Shown here piece by piece: positions 38,274 through 49,071 of a stretch of 64,000 nt of DNA. The stretch is taken from contig CAWJMT010000035.1 in assembly GCA_963844035.1 (NCBI GenBank), positions 1 through 64,000 of the forward strand. Reading direction: 5' to 3'. The DNA is from an uncultured Gemmatimonadales bacterium. GTDB taxonomy: Bacteria; Gemmatimonadota; Gemmatimonadetes; Gemmatimonadales; GWC2-71-9. Both the position numbers and the translations under genes were made by a program. The notes under the pieces were generated by a model. It saw nothing but the letters and a program-made list of their open reading frames with translations. It made no database searches and was not told the DNA's origin. Position 1 is the stretch's first letter; each line of letters starts with the position of its first letter.

Positions 38274-39272
38274 ATGGCACGCGTCTTCTCCGGCATCCAG
38301 CCCTCTGGTGAGCTGCACATCGGTAACTACCTGGGCGCGGTCCAGAACTGGGTCAAGCTCCAGCAGCAGCACGACTGTCTTTTCAGCGTGGTTGACCAGC
38401 ACGCGATCACACAGGCGTACGATGCCTCATCGCTGTCCCAGCGCACGCTGGAGATGGCGATCGGACTGCTCGGCGCGGGGCTCGACCCGCAGCGTTGCAC
38501 CCTGTTCGTGCAGTCGCACGTCGCGGAGCACACCGAGCTGAACTGGTACCTCAACACCGTGACGCCGCTTGGCGAGCTCGAGCGTCAGACCCAGTTCAAG
38601 GACAAGGCGCAGCGCCAGGAGAGCGTCCCGGCCGGTTTGTTGAACTACCCTGTCCTGCAGGCCGCGGACGTGCTGCTCTACGAAGCCACCCTGGTGCCGG
38701 TCGGTGAGGACCAGGTGCAACACTTGGAGCTGATGCGGGAGATCGCGCGGCGCTGGAACGCTCGCTTCAGCGACGGGACGGGGTTCGCGTTCCCGGAGCC
38801 GCAGGCGCTGCTGACGACCGCCAAACGGGTCCTCGGTCTCAACGGCCAGGCGAAGATGTCGAAGAGCCTCGGCAACACCATCGGCTTGCTCGAGTCGCCC
38901 GAAGCGATCTGGGAGAAGCTCAGGCCCGCGGCGACCGATCCGGCGCGGGTCAAGAAGACGGATCCCGGGAACCCCGACATCTGCAACATCTTTACGATCC
39001 ACCAGGGCTTCTCACCCGCCGACGTACAGAAGACGGTGGCGCATAACTGCCGGACCGCCGGGTGGGGCTGCATCGACTGCAAGCGCGTATTGGCGGATAA
39101 CATGATAGCGGGGCTCACGCCGATCCGCGAGCGGGCAGCGGCGCTGCGCGCCGAGCCGCAGCGAGTCACCGACATCTTGAAGGCGGGAGCGGCGAAAGCG
39201 CGCGCGGTGGCACGGCGGACCTTGACCCAGGTACGGCAGCGGATGGGATTCCTCGAAGGGGCCGAGCCGTAA
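38274..39272 (+). CDS. trpS: Tryptophan-tRNA ligase
   Basis: SGIQPSGELHIGNY, VPVGEDQ, KMSKS. Confidence 0.97.
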   Translation: MARVFSGIQPSGELHIGNYLGAVQNWVKLQQQHDCLFSVVDQHAITQAYDASSLSQRTLEMAIGLLGAGLDPQRCTLFVQSHVAEHTELNWYLNTVTPLGELERQTQFKDKAQRQESVPAGLLNYPVLQAADVLLYEATLVPVGEDQVQHLELMREIARRWNARFSDGTGFAFPEPQALLTTAKRVLGLNGQAKMSKSLGNTIGLLESPEAIWEKLRPAATDPARVKKTDPGNPDICNIFTIHQGFSPADVQKTVAHNCRTAGWGCIDCKRVLADNMIAGLTPIRERAAALRAEPQRVTDILKAGAAKARAVARRTLTQVRQRMGFLEGAEP

Positions 39273-39949
39273 TGCCCGAAGTCATCCGCCAGGTCGCCGA
39301 GACGCTGCAGCTCGGGCTGCTCCTCAAGCTTGGGCTGGCCACACTGCTCGGCGGCGCGATCGGACTGGAGCGCGAGCTCAGCGGCAAACCGGCGGGCCTC
39401 CGCACCAATATCCTGATCTGCATCGGCGCGACCCTGTTCACCGTCGTGTCGATCCACATGATGGCGCTGGGGGGCGGGGTCGATGCCTCCCGGATTCCCT
39501 CCCAGATCGTCACAGGGGTCGGCTTCATCGGCGCCGGGGCGATTCTCCATGCCCGCGGCGCGGTCACGGGTCTCACCAGCGCAGCGACCATCTGGGTTGT
39601 GGCGGCGATCGGCATGGCGCTCGGCGCCGCCGCGTATGTCGAAGCCGTCGGTACCACCTTGCTCGTGACGCTGGTGCTGTGGGGACTCCGCTCGGTCGAG
39701 CACTTCGTCGCCCGCCAGTCGACCAGGAGCCATGTGCTGATCCACGCCCGCCCCGAGGAGAAGGCCCCAGAGGAGCTCGAGGCGCTGGTGCGGCGTTCCG
39801 GCCTCGACGTGGACCGGTGCGTCGTGCGTCACGAGAACGTGGACCTCGTCGTGGAGCTGGAGCTGCGGGGCCCGAAGCGCCTGCACGACCAGGCGATGCT
39901 GTCGCTGCTGCACCACCCGGGCGTGCGGACGGTGTCCACCGGAGAGTGA
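39272..39949 (+). CDS. MgtC/SapB family protein
   Basis: IGLERE..KPAGLRT, GVGFIGAG, GLTSAATIW. Confidence 0.9.
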   Translation: MPEVIRQVAETLQLGLLLKLGLATLLGGAIGLERELSGKPAGLRTNILICIGATLFTVVSIHMMALGGGVDASRIPSQIVTGVGFIGAGAILHARGAVTGLTSAATIWVVAAIGMALGAAAYVEAVGTTLLVTLVLWGLRSVEHFVARQSTRSHVLIHARPEEKAPEELEALVRRSGLDVDRCVVRHENVDLVVELELRGPKRLHDQAMLSLLHHPGVRTVSTGE

Positions 39950-40974
39950 TGCGACGCCTGGTCGTCGATCTCGCGTCGGCGGGGACCGCTTGGCGAGTGC
40001 CGCCGGCGTCGCTCCAGGCCATTCGCGACGCGCTCGGCGCGGGCTGGGACGTGGTGGAGGTGGTGGCCCCGGCGACGACCGAAGGGGACGGCGTCCTCGG
40101 GACTCCCGAAGCCGAGGCCGCCGCCCGCGGGGCGGAGGTGTACTTCGGCTACGGCGTGCCCGCCGGTGTGGCAACGGCCGCCCGCGCGACCCTGCGGTGG
40201 GCGCATAGCGGGACGGCCGGTGTCGGGTCGGCCCTGCGCGCCCTCGCCGGTACCGGCATCATCCTCACCAACTCCGCTGCCATGCACGCCGAGCCGACCG
40301 CCGACTGGGTGATTGCCAGCATCGCGTATTTCGCGCGTGCGCTCGACCGGATGCGGCAGGCCCAGAGCGAGCACCGCTGGACCCGGGACGAGTTTACCGA
40401 GCTGCGCGAGCCGGTGGTCGAGCTCGCCGACGTACGCGTCGGAGTGTTCGGGCTCGGCGGGATCGGCAGCGCGGTGGCACGGCGGGCGCTGGCGCTCGGC
40501 ATGGCGGTCGCCGGCGTGCGCCGGCGTCCGGAGTTGGGTGGTCCGGCGGGCGTGCGCTGGGTGGGCGGGCTCGCCGATCTGGCGCGGCTCGCCGCCGAGA
40601 GTGATTGCCTGGTGATCGCGGCCCCGCAGACTCGCGAGACGGCGGGAGCGATCGATGGTCGTATCCTGGACCGTCTTCCCAATGGCGCCGTGGTCATCAA
40701 CGTGTCGCGCGGGCAGCTCCTGCCGGAGGATGGCCTGCTGCGCGCCCTGGACAGTGGCCGCCTGCGGGGCGCCGCCCTGGACGTGTTCGCGACCGAGCCG
40801 CTGCCGCCCGGGCATCGCTTCTGGGACCATCCGCGGGTCCTGATCAGCCCGCACGCCGCCGCCGTGTCGTCGCGCTTCTGGGAGCGCGAGACCGGTCTCA
40901 TCCTCGAGAACGTGCGGCGCTATCTTGCAGGGGCACCGTTGCTCAACGTCGTGGACCAGGAGGCCGGTTACTGA
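39949..40974 (+). CDS. D-2-hydroxyacid dehydrogenase
   Basis: GLGGIG, INVSRG, ALDVFATEPL, ISPH. Confidence 0.9.
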   Translation: MRRLVVDLASAGTAWRVPPASLQAIRDALGAGWDVVEVVAPATTEGDGVLGTPEAEAAARGAEVYFGYGVPAGVATAARATLRWAHSGTAGVGSALRALAGTGIILTNSAAMHAEPTADWVIASIAYFARALDRMRQAQSEHRWTRDEFTELREPVVELADVRVGVFGLGGIGSAVARRALALGMAVAGVRRRPELGGPAGVRWVGGLADLARLAAESDCLVIAAPQTRETAGAIDGRILDRLPNGAVVINVSRGQLLPEDGLLRALDSGRLRGAALDVFATEPLPPGHRFWDHPRVLISPHAAAVSSRFWERETGLILENVRRYLAGAPLLNVVDQEAGY

Positions 40975-42182
40975 TGGATCACCCGAAATCCCCGGCGCGC
41001 TCGAGCGTCCAGGTGAGCGGTCCGCATGGCGGGATGGAGAAGATCATCAAGGTCGCGATCGACCGCGGGGCGTCCGACGTGCACATCAAGGCCGGGGACG
41101 TGTTTCGCGCCCGCATCGACGGCAAGCTGGTGCCCCTCACCAAGCAGCGGCTCACGCCCGAGCAGACGAGGGCTATCGCCCTGCGGCTGATGCCGAACCA
41201 GGACGACCAGGCGAATATCGACCGCCTCCGCGACTACGACTGCTCCTGGGGCATGCCCGGGGTCGGGCGCTTCCGGGTCAACATTCTGCGCCAGCGGTCG
41301 TCGTTCATGATCGTGATGCGGGTGATTCCGTTCGAGGTGCCGTCGTTCGAATCGCTCCAACTGCCCGCCGTTCTCCAGGCCGTCGCATCGGCGGAGCGCG
41401 GCCTGGTGCTGGTCACGGGACCGACAGGGTCGGGGAAGAGCTCCACGATGGCCGCGATGGTCAACCACATCAACCAGAACGCGCAGCGACACATCGTGAC
41501 GCTCGAAAGCCCGATCGAATTCCTCCATCGGGATTTCAAGTCGTCGGTCACCCAGCGGGAGATCGGCGTCGATACCGACGATTACGGCCGAGGTCTGCGG
41601 GCAGCGCTGCGCCAGGATCCCGACGTCGTGTTGGTCGGGGATCTGCGCGATGCGTCTATCGTCGAGACGGTGCTCAAGGCCGCCGAGACCGGGCACCTCG
41701 TCATCTCCGCGATGGACACGCCCGATGTGCGAACCACGATCGCGCGGGTGATCTCCATGTTTCACGTCGACGATCAGGACGCGGCCCGCCGGCGGCTGGC
41801 GGATTCGCTCCACGCGATCGTCTCGCAGCGCCTGGTGCCCCGGGCTGACGGCCACGGGAGAGTCGTCGTGGCGGAGGTGCTCGTATGCACGGGCACCGCT
41901 CGGGACATGATACGGGGCGCGACGCACACCCCCGAGCTCCCGGGTTACATGCGCACCGCGCGCGAGACGCATGGCACCCAGACCTTCGATCAGCACCTGG
42001 TGGATCTCGTTGCGGCGGGGGTTGTGACACACGAGGCCGCGTTGACCGCGGCTGGGAACCGGGCGGAGGTCGAGCAGCAGATCCGTACGCTGCCGCGCCG
42101 GCTGCCTCATCCGGCGGACCGCGCCGAGAGCACACCCGCCCCGATTCTGGAAGACCTGTCAAGCATTCTGCCCAGCGACTGA
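40974..42182 (+). CDS. pilT: PilT/PilU family type IV pilus ATPase
   Basis: GASDVH, RFRVN, VTGPTGSGKSS, AALRQDPD, AETGHLV. Confidence 0.88.
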   Translation: MDHPKSPARSSVQVSGPHGGMEKIIKVAIDRGASDVHIKAGDVFRARIDGKLVPLTKQRLTPEQTRAIALRLMPNQDDQANIDRLRDYDCSWGMPGVGRFRVNILRQRSSFMIVMRVIPFEVPSFESLQLPAVLQAVASAERGLVLVTGPTGSGKSSTMAAMVNHINQNAQRHIVTLESPIEFLHRDFKSSVTQREIGVDTDDYGRGLRAALRQDPDVVLVGDLRDASIVETVLKAAETGHLVISAMDTPDVRTTIARVISMFHVDDQDAARRRLADSLHAIVSQRLVPRADGHGRVVVAEVLVCTGTARDMIRGATHTPELPGYMRTARETHGTQTFDQHLVDLVAAGVVTHEAALTAAGNRAEVEQQIRTLPRRLPHPADRAESTPAPILEDLSSILPSD

Positions 42183-42192
42183 GCCCTACCGC

Positions 42193-43257
42193 GTGAGCGA
42201 CTACCGCGCGCTGTTGCGCGAGCTGTCCGTTCCGCGTCTTGTCGGTACCCCCGCGCATGCGCAGGTCCGCGAGGTCTTGCGGCGTGAGCTCGCAGCCCGC
42301 GGCTACGTCATCCTCGATCATCAGTTCACGATGCGCCGCACCGCCGGCCCCGGCACCCTGATGCCCGTCGGAGGTGCACTGGTCGCCGCCGCGATCGGCA
42401 CGGCGGCGCTCACCGCGCTGACGCGGGCGCCCGCGGCGGTCGCGGCTTGGCTGATAGCGTCGGCCTGCGGCCTGGTCGCCGTGGTATACGCGCGACGGCA
42501 CGCGGCCGTCCCGGTTGGGGCCGTGAATCTCATCGGCGTGCGGCCGCGCACGCGCGTCACCGTGTGGCTCGCGGCGCACTACGATTCCAAGGGGCAGCCG
42601 CTCTCGATGGCCCTCCGGATCGGCGCGGTGGTCCTCGCCGCCGTTGGCCTGGCGGGACTGGTCGGGATCGCGCTGACGCGCCTCGCGGGCCATCCCTGGA
42701 GCGGTCTGGTCGAGGGGTGCATCGCCGTGCTCGCGGCGGGCGGCGGGCTGCTGTTGCTCGGGAATCGCGTCACGAACGCATCGCCCGGAGCGGTGGACAA
42801 CGCCTCCGCGCTTGCAACCGTCTTCGCCATTCTCGACCGGCTGCCCGCCGGGGCCCCCGTGGGCGTGCTGTTTCCGGATGCCGAGGAGTATGGGCTGCTG
42901 GGCGCGCGCGCGTTGGTGCATACCCGCGCGAACCTGTTCGAGGGCACCGTGGTCATCAACCTCGACGGCATCGACGATCGCGGTACCGCCATCTGTTTCG
43001 TTCACCGCTCAGGCCCCGTAGTCGCCGCCGTCGCGCACGAGATCGGTGCCCGGCGGCGGCGCTGGCTGCCCGTTGTTGTGGACGGGCTCGCGTTCGGCCG
43101 CGTGGCGCGGGAGTGTGCCACGATCATGCGCGGGGACTGGCGGACGGCCACCATCGTCCACTCGCCGCGGGATGTCGCCGAGCGGCTGACGCTCGAGGGC
43201 AGCGGCGCCGTGGCGGGCGGGATCGCCCGGGCGCTGGCCGGTCTATTCCCGAGTTGA
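42193..43257 (+). CDS. M28 family peptidase with TM segments
   Basis: AAHYDSK, PGAVDNAS, AEEYGLLG, INLD. Confidence 0.85.
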   Translation: MSDYRALLRELSVPRLVGTPAHAQVREVLRRELAARGYVILDHQFTMRRTAGPGTLMPVGGALVAAAIGTAALTALTRAPAAVAAWLIASACGLVAVVYARRHAAVPVGAVNLIGVRPRTRVTVWLAAHYDSKGQPLSMALRIGAVVLAAVGLAGLVGIALTRLAGHPWSGLVEGCIAVLAAGGGLLLLGNRVTNASPGAVDNASALATVFAILDRLPAGAPVGVLFPDAEEYGLLGARALVHTRANLFEGTVVINLDGIDDRGTAICFVHRSGPVVAAVAHEIGARRRRWLPVVVDGLAFGRVARECATIMRGDWRTATIVHSPRDVAERLTLEGSGAVAGGIARALAGLFPS

Positions 43258-43355
43258 GGGCCTGCGTTGACGCCACCTGGCGTCGTGCCTAATTTCCTCA
43301 GAGGATAAGAGGATATCAGTATGCCCCGCCCGTCGGGGCTTTTTTTTGGGGTGCC

Positions 43356-44636
43356 ATGTTCGGACCGAAAACGCATTGCGTCGTTGTCGTCGGGGCCCAA
43401 TGGGGTGACGAGGGCAAGGGCAAGATCGTCGACGTGCTCGCCGAGCGCGCCGACATGGTCGTACGCTACCAGGGCGGGGCCAATGCCGGGCACACCGTGG
43501 ACACGGGCACCGGCGAGTTCATCCTCCATCAGATTCCTTCCGGCATCATCCAGGGCGCGATCTGCCTGGTGGGGAACGGGGTGGTCCTCGATCCCGAGAC
43601 CTTTTTCACCGAGCTTGACGCACTGGAAGCCCAGGGCGTGCGGACCGATCAGAAACTGTACGTGTCGGACCGCGCCCACCTCACCCTGCCGCTCCATAAG
43701 CTGCTCGATCACGCGCGCGAGCGCCGCGAGCAGATCGGCACCACCGGTCGCGGGATTGGGCCGACGTATGAAGACAAGTTCGGCCGCCGCGGGATCCGGG
43801 TAGGAGACCTGCGCCATCTCCCCCGGGCTCGCGAGCTGGTCTGCGCCCGCGTGGAGGCGGCCAATGCATTCCTCGGCCTGCTCGGCGCCGATGAGCGAGC
43901 CAATCCGGCGGAGCACGTGGATCTCCTCGAGCGGCTGGCGCCACGTCTGCTGCCCATCGCGGTCGATGCGGGGCGGGTGGTGTACGAGTCGCTGGAGCGC
44001 GGCGAATCGGTGTTGCTCGAGGGTGCGCAGGGCGCCTTGCTCGACGTGGATCACGGCACCTATCCGTACGTCACCTCGTCCAACACCACCGCGGGTGGCG
44101 CGGCGGTCGGGGCCGGAATCGGTCCGACGGCAATCGATGCGGTCCTCGGCGTCGTCAAGGCGTACACCACGCGGGTCGGCAACGGGCCGCTCCCCACCGA
44201 GGCGGAGCCCAAGCTGGCCGAGCATATCCGCGATCTGGGTGGCGAGTTCGGCGCGACAACCGGACGGCCCCGCCGCTGCGGGTGGTTCGATGCCGTCGTG
44301 GTCCGCTACGCCGTGCGGGTGAATGGCTTGACCGGACTCGCGGTGACCAAGCTCGACGTGCTCGACACGTTCACCGAGATCCCGGTGTGCGTCGGGTATC
44401 GCCTCGACGGAGAACCGTACGACAGCATGCCCGCCGAGGTCGATCGTCTGGCCCGGGTGGAGCCGGTGTACGAAGTCTTGCCTGGGTGGGGCCAGTCCCT
44501 CTGCGGCGTCCGGCGCCTGGCCGATCTGCCGCCCGCGGCGCGTGCGTATCTGGATCGTCTGCAGGACCTTGCTCGCGCCCCGATCCGTTACGTGAGCGTC
44601 GGGACGCGCCGCGACCAGATCATCGAAGTGCCATGA
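43356..44636 (+). CDS. purA: Adenylosuccinate synthetase
   Basis: QWGDEGKGK, GGANAGHT, EGAQG, GATTGRPRRCGW. Confidence 0.98.
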   Translation: MFGPKTHCVVVVGAQWGDEGKGKIVDVLAERADMVVRYQGGANAGHTVDTGTGEFILHQIPSGIIQGAICLVGNGVVLDPETFFTELDALEAQGVRTDQKLYVSDRAHLTLPLHKLLDHARERREQIGTTGRGIGPTYEDKFGRRGIRVGDLRHLPRARELVCARVEAANAFLGLLGADERANPAEHVDLLERLAPRLLPIAVDAGRVVYESLERGESVLLEGAQGALLDVDHGTYPYVTSSNTTAGGAAVGAGIGPTAIDAVLGVVKAYTTRVGNGPLPTEAEPKLAEHIRDLGGEFGATTGRPRRCGWFDAVVVRYAVRVNGLTGLAVTKLDVLDTFTEIPVCVGYRLDGEPYDSMPAEVDRLARVEPVYEVLPGWGQSLCGVRRLADLPPAARAYLDRLQDLARAPIRYVSVGTRRDQIIEVP

Positions 44637-44649
44637 ACCTGCGCGCGCT

Positions 44650-45654
44650 ATGCTCGACCTGGCGGTGATTGGGGCCGGGCCCTGTGGACTCGCCGCGGGC
44701 GCCGCCGCGAAGCGGGCCGGCTTGCGCGCGGCGGTGTTCGACAAGGGCCCGGTGGTCGCGAGTCTGCTCACCTACCCGCTGTACATGACGTTCTTTTCGA
44801 CCCCGGAGAAGCTCGAAATCGGCGGAGTGCCGTTCGTCACCAGCGGTGACAAGCCGACCCGCCGCGAAGCGCTCACCTACTACCGCAAGGTCGCGGAGTA
44901 TCTGGATCTCGACGTGCGTCAGTATCACGAGATCGTAGGCGTGGTACCTGCGCGCGGGGGCGGGTTCGAGGTCAGCGTTCGTCCTCCGGGGTCGGCCAAC
45001 CCTGAGACGGTGGCGGCGCGGCACGTGGTATTCGCCACCGGCTATTTCGAGTCGCCGAACCTGCTCGGCGTTCCGGGGGAAGATCTCCCGCATGTGTCGC
45101 ATTTCTTCACCGAGGCGCACCCCTACTGGCGGCAGCGGGTCGTCGTGGTTGGCGGTGGAAATAGCGCGGTCGAAGCTGCGCTCGAGCTGCACCGGGTCGG
45201 CGCACTGGTGACCATCGTCCACTTCCTGGGAGACGTGGACAAGGGCGTGAAGCCCTGGGTGCTCCCCGATATCTCGAACCGCCTGAAAGACGGCAGCATC
45301 GCGGGCCGCTGGCGCAGCCGTGTCCAGAAGATCGAACCGGGTCGCGTGGTCATCGCCCGCGACACTGACGGTGCGACCGAGACGCTGCCCGCGGACTTCG
45401 TGCTGGCGCTGACGGGGTACCGCGCCGACCAGCGCTTGCTCAGGATGCTGGGCGTCAGAATCGACTCCACGACTGGCGTGCCCGCCCACGATCCGCTGAC
45501 AATGGAAACGAACGTGCCCGGCGCCTATATCGCCGGTGTGCTGTCGTGCGGGTTCGATGCGAACAGGGTGTTCATCGAGAACGGGCGGGGGCACGGCGAC
45601 CTGATCTGTACCCATATAAAAGCACGACCCCCCAGAGTTGCCCCCGGGGGGTGA
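44650..45654 (+). CDS. ypdA: YpdA-family putative bacillithiol disulfide reductase
   Basis: GAGPCG, MTFFSTPEKLEIG, KPTRREALTYY, FIENGRGHG. Confidence 0.88.
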   Translation: MLDLAVIGAGPCGLAAGAAAKRAGLRAAVFDKGPVVASLLTYPLYMTFFSTPEKLEIGGVPFVTSGDKPTRREALTYYRKVAEYLDLDVRQYHEIVGVVPARGGGFEVSVRPPGSANPETVAARHVVFATGYFESPNLLGVPGEDLPHVSHFFTEAHPYWRQRVVVVGGGNSAVEAALELHRVGALVTIVHFLGDVDKGVKPWVLPDISNRLKDGSIAGRWRSRVQKIEPGRVVIARDTDGATETLPADFVLALTGYRADQRLLRMLGVRIDSTTGVPAHDPLTMETNVPGAYIAGVLSCGFDANRVFIENGRGHGDLICTHIKARPPRVAPGG

Positions 45655-45943
45655 TCGCCTGCCCAACATCGTGCGCCCTAGACCCCGATGCGAGCGAGAC
45701 GAAGTTCGTGCTCTTCAAGCGCTCGTATCAGGGCATGCTTCAGACTCCGGTAGCCGGGCTATCTCTTCCGAGACCCCTAGCTTTGCGCCCCACCGTTGCC
45801 GGTGGTTTGCCCTGATCAGAGTTCTTCCGGGGTGGGGTAAAGCAAAATCGGTGCCCGGGATAGAAGGGTGTTTTTCCGCACGGAAACTCTGTCCCAGTCG
45901 TCACCGTATCGTGCTAAATGCCCGAAACAATGCATAATGCGAC

Positions 45944-47020
45944 ATGTCGTACGTAGTCTTGGCTGCGCCGGCAGCGTTCAAGGGGTCATTCGGCCCAAAG
46001 CAGGTCGCTGACGCCTTCGCCTCGGGCGTTCGCCGCGCGCTTCCCGACGCCACCGTCTTGCAGTGTCCCATATCCGATGGCGGCGACGGGCTGCTCGAGG
46101 CCGTCCTTCCGAGGGAATCGCTGCGGGAGTCGGTCGCCGTCACCGGACCACTAGGGTCCAAGGTGCAGGCGGTGCTTGGTTGGCTCGACAGTGACACCGC
46201 CATTTTCGAGTCTGCCAGTGCCTGCGGGATTGCGCTGCTCAAACCCGACCAACTCGATCCGCTGCACGCGACCACGCGTGGCGTTGGAGAGCTGATCTGG
46301 GAGGCGGTCGACCGCGGGGCGCGCACGGTCGTGGTTGGCCTTGGCGGCTCGGCGACGGTCGACGGCGGCAGTGGGGCCGCGCGGGGTCTCGGGTGGACTC
46401 TGCGGGATCGCGCCGGTGGGTTGCTTCCGGAGGGAGGTGGCTCGCTCGTCGATATCGCCGGCTTGGACGGGGGGTGGCGACTCGAAGCGCAGATCGTGGC
46501 GCTCGCCGACGTGACCACGCCGTTGGTCGGTGCCGCCGGAGCGGCGCGGGTCTTCGGACCGCAAAAGGGGGCCTCGCCGGAAGCCGTCGATCGCCTCGCG
46601 GCAGGGCTCGAGGTGCTCGCCGCGGAATGGGCGCGGCAGGGCCGCCCCGATCTCGGAACGCTGCCGGGCGGTGGTGCCGCCGGCGGCCTGGGCGCCGGGC
46701 TCGCGTTCTTCGGGCGGGCGGAGCTGATCCGCGGCGCCGAGTGGGTGCTCGAGCGGGTGGGATTCGACGCCGCGTTGGCGTCGGCAGACTTGCTGATCAC
46801 GGGCGAGGGCGCGTTCGATCGCACGTCGCTTGTCGGGAAGGCATCGGGCGAAGTGCTGCGGCGCGCGCAGGCGGCGCGGAAGAAAGTGGCGGTGGTGGCC
46901 GGGACCGTCAGCGATCTGATCGGCGTGCACGCGCTCGGAGGCGAGGGCCGGACGCTCGACGCGGCCGGGATCGCCGACCTCGCCGAGCGCGCGACCCGTG
47001 AGGCTTTTGGGTTATCTTAG
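45944..47020 (+). CDS. Glycerate kinase
   Basis: APAAFKGS, SDGGDG, GLGGSATVDGG, FGPQKGA, TGEG. Confidence 0.92.
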   Translation: MSYVVLAAPAAFKGSFGPKQVADAFASGVRRALPDATVLQCPISDGGDGLLEAVLPRESLRESVAVTGPLGSKVQAVLGWLDSDTAIFESASACGIALLKPDQLDPLHATTRGVGELIWEAVDRGARTVVVGLGGSATVDGGSGAARGLGWTLRDRAGGLLPEGGGSLVDIAGLDGGWRLEAQIVALADVTTPLVGAAGAARVFGPQKGASPEAVDRLAAGLEVLAAEWARQGRPDLGTLPGGGAAGGLGAGLAFFGRAELIRGAEWVLERVGFDAALASADLLITGEGAFDRTSLVGKASGEVLRRAQAARKKVAVVAGTVSDLIGVHALGGEGRTLDAAGIADLAERATREAFGLS

Positions 47021-47026
47021 GCCCCT

Positions 47027-48364
47027 ATGCCACCAGCCGACAAAACAATGGAAAAGCTCGTGTCGCTCGCCAAGCGACGCGGCTTCGTGTTCCAGTCTTC
47101 CGAGATCTACGGGGGCCTCGGCTCCGTGTGGGACTACGGCCCTTTGGGGGTGGAGCTCAAAAAGAACCTCAAAGAACGCTGGTGGCGCTCGATGGTGCAC
47201 GAGCGCGAAGACATCGAAGGTCTCGACGCGGCCATCCTCATGCACGCGAAAGTGTGGGAGGCCTCAGGCCACATTGCCGGATTCACCGATCCGCTCGTGG
47301 ATTGCAAGCAGTGCAAGAACCGCTTCCGAGCGGACGACCCCAGCATCAAGGGCACGCCCGGGGAGCCCGACGCGCAGTGCCCAAAATGCGGTATGAAGGG
47401 CACGCTCACGGCGCCGCGCCTGTTCAATCTCATGTTCAAGACGTTCATGGGTCCGGTCGAGGAGGATGCGGCGGTCATCTACCTCCGGCCCGAGACGGCG
47501 CAGGGCATTTACGTCAACTATCTCAACGTGCAACAGTCGTCGCGCCAGAAGGTCCCGTTCGGCATTGCCCAGATCGGCAAGGCGTTCCGGAACGAGATTA
47601 CCCCGGGCAACTTCACGTTCCGGACGCGCGAGTTCGAGCAGATGGAGATGCAGTTCTTCGTGAAGCCGGGGACCGACGGCGAGTGGTTCGAATTCTGGCG
47701 CCACGAGCGCATGAAGTGGCTGGTGGGGCTCGGGCTGCGCGCCGAAAAACTCCGGTTTCACCAGCACGGCAAGGGCGAGCTCGCGCACTATGCCAAGGAT
47801 GCGTACGACATCGAGTACGAGTTCCCGTTCGGCTGGCACGAATTCGAAGGCATTCACAACCGCACCGATTTCGACCTGTCGCGCCACCAGCAGTATTCCG
47901 GGAAGAAGCTCGACTACCTGGACCCCGCGACGAATGAGCGCTTCGTGCCCTACGTGGTCGAGACCTCCGCGGGCGCGGACCGGGTGACCCTCGCCGTGTT
48001 GTGCGACAGCTACCGCGAGGAGGAGATCGAAGGGGAGACGCGTGTGGTGCTGCGGCTCGCACCGGCGCTGGCGCCGCTCAAGGCGGCCGTGTTGCCGCTC
48101 GTGAACAAGGATGGAATGCCGGAGCTGGCCCGGCGCATCTTCGACGGCCTGCGCGCGCACCACAACGTGTTCTACGACGACGGTGGCTCGATCGGCCGGC
48201 GCTACCGGCGCCAGGACGAAGCGGGCACCCCGTTTGGAATCACGATCGACGGGCAGTCAACCCAGGACGGCACGGTCACCGTCCGCGACCGCGACACCCT
48301 CAAGCAGGAACGCATCGCCTCGGACCAGCTCGTGAGCTACGTCGCGGAGAAGATCAAGGCCTGA
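47027..48364 (+). CDS. glyQS: Glycine-tRNA ligase (alpha2 type)
   Basis: SEIYGG, LRPETAQG, FRNEITP, REFEQME, IGRRYRRQDE. Confidence 0.97.
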   Translation: MPPADKTMEKLVSLAKRRGFVFQSSEIYGGLGSVWDYGPLGVELKKNLKERWWRSMVHEREDIEGLDAAILMHAKVWEASGHIAGFTDPLVDCKQCKNRFRADDPSIKGTPGEPDAQCPKCGMKGTLTAPRLFNLMFKTFMGPVEEDAAVIYLRPETAQGIYVNYLNVQQSSRQKVPFGIAQIGKAFRNEITPGNFTFRTREFEQMEMQFFVKPGTDGEWFEFWRHERMKWLVGLGLRAEKLRFHQHGKGELAHYAKDAYDIEYEFPFGWHEFEGIHNRTDFDLSRHQQYSGKKLDYLDPATNERFVPYVVETSAGADRVTLAVLCDSYREEEIEGETRVVLRLAPALAPLKAAVLPLVNKDGMPELARRIFDGLRAHHNVFYDDGGSIGRRYRRQDEAGTPFGITIDGQSTQDGTVTVRDRDTLKQERIASDQLVSYVAEKIKA

Positions 48365-49071
48365 TTGACGTACGCCGACTTCCGGGCGCTGGTCGATCGA
48401 CTTGCGAGGGAAGTGCCCGCGGAATTCCGGGACGGCATCGTTGCGATCGAGGTGAGTCCCAAGGCCGTGCCCGATCCCGTGCGGGGTGGGGTCTACACGC
48501 TCGGTGAATGCATCCCGCTCGAGTGGAGCGGCAACGGTGCGAACCTCCAGTCCCGGATCATTCTGTACCATGGCTCGTTCGCGGCCCTGGCCCGTCCACA
48601 TGCCGCGGAGACCGACTGGCGCCGCGAAGCCTGGGACACGCTCGCCCACGAGATGCGCCATCACCTGGAGTGGCGCGCCGATGTCGGCGCACTCGAAGCC
48701 TACGACTGGGCCGCCGAACAGAACTTCGCGCGCGCCGACGGCCAGCCCTTCGATCCCGTCTTCTACCGCTCAGGGGAGCAGGTGGCCGCGGGCGTCTACA
48801 AGGTGGACGACGACGTGTTCATAGAAGCAACAGACCGGGACGGGGGACGGGGGAGGGGGACGGGCGTGAAATCGCTTGGCACGGGCGGAAGTATCGGGTG
48901 CCGCTGCCACCGCGGGCCCAGCCACCCCTGTTTCTATCCTTGGAAGGACTCCTGGCGCCCCCCGCCGGTGACGTGATTGTCGTCGTGCCTCGGCGGGCAT
49001 CCCTCTGGGACCTCTGGCGACGCCGGAGCGTGACACAACAGGTCGTCGCGGTTGAGCCACTCGATGCCTAA
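48365..49071 (+). CDS. Zincin-like metallopeptidase (frameshift near 48860)
   Basis: YTLGEC, LYHGSF, TLAHEMRHH; tail continues in the 48508..49071 frame. Confidence 0.75.

Noticed and set aside
43002..44771. Long antisense ORFs (opposite purA, pilT, priA and others)
   Set aside because: These are shadow ORFs expected in high-GC DNA opposite well-supported genes.
48836..48866. gacgggg tandem repeat as a phase-variation switch in the zincin gene
   Set aside because: G-homopolymer runs are a typical long-read error site and cannot be distinguished from real variation without reads.
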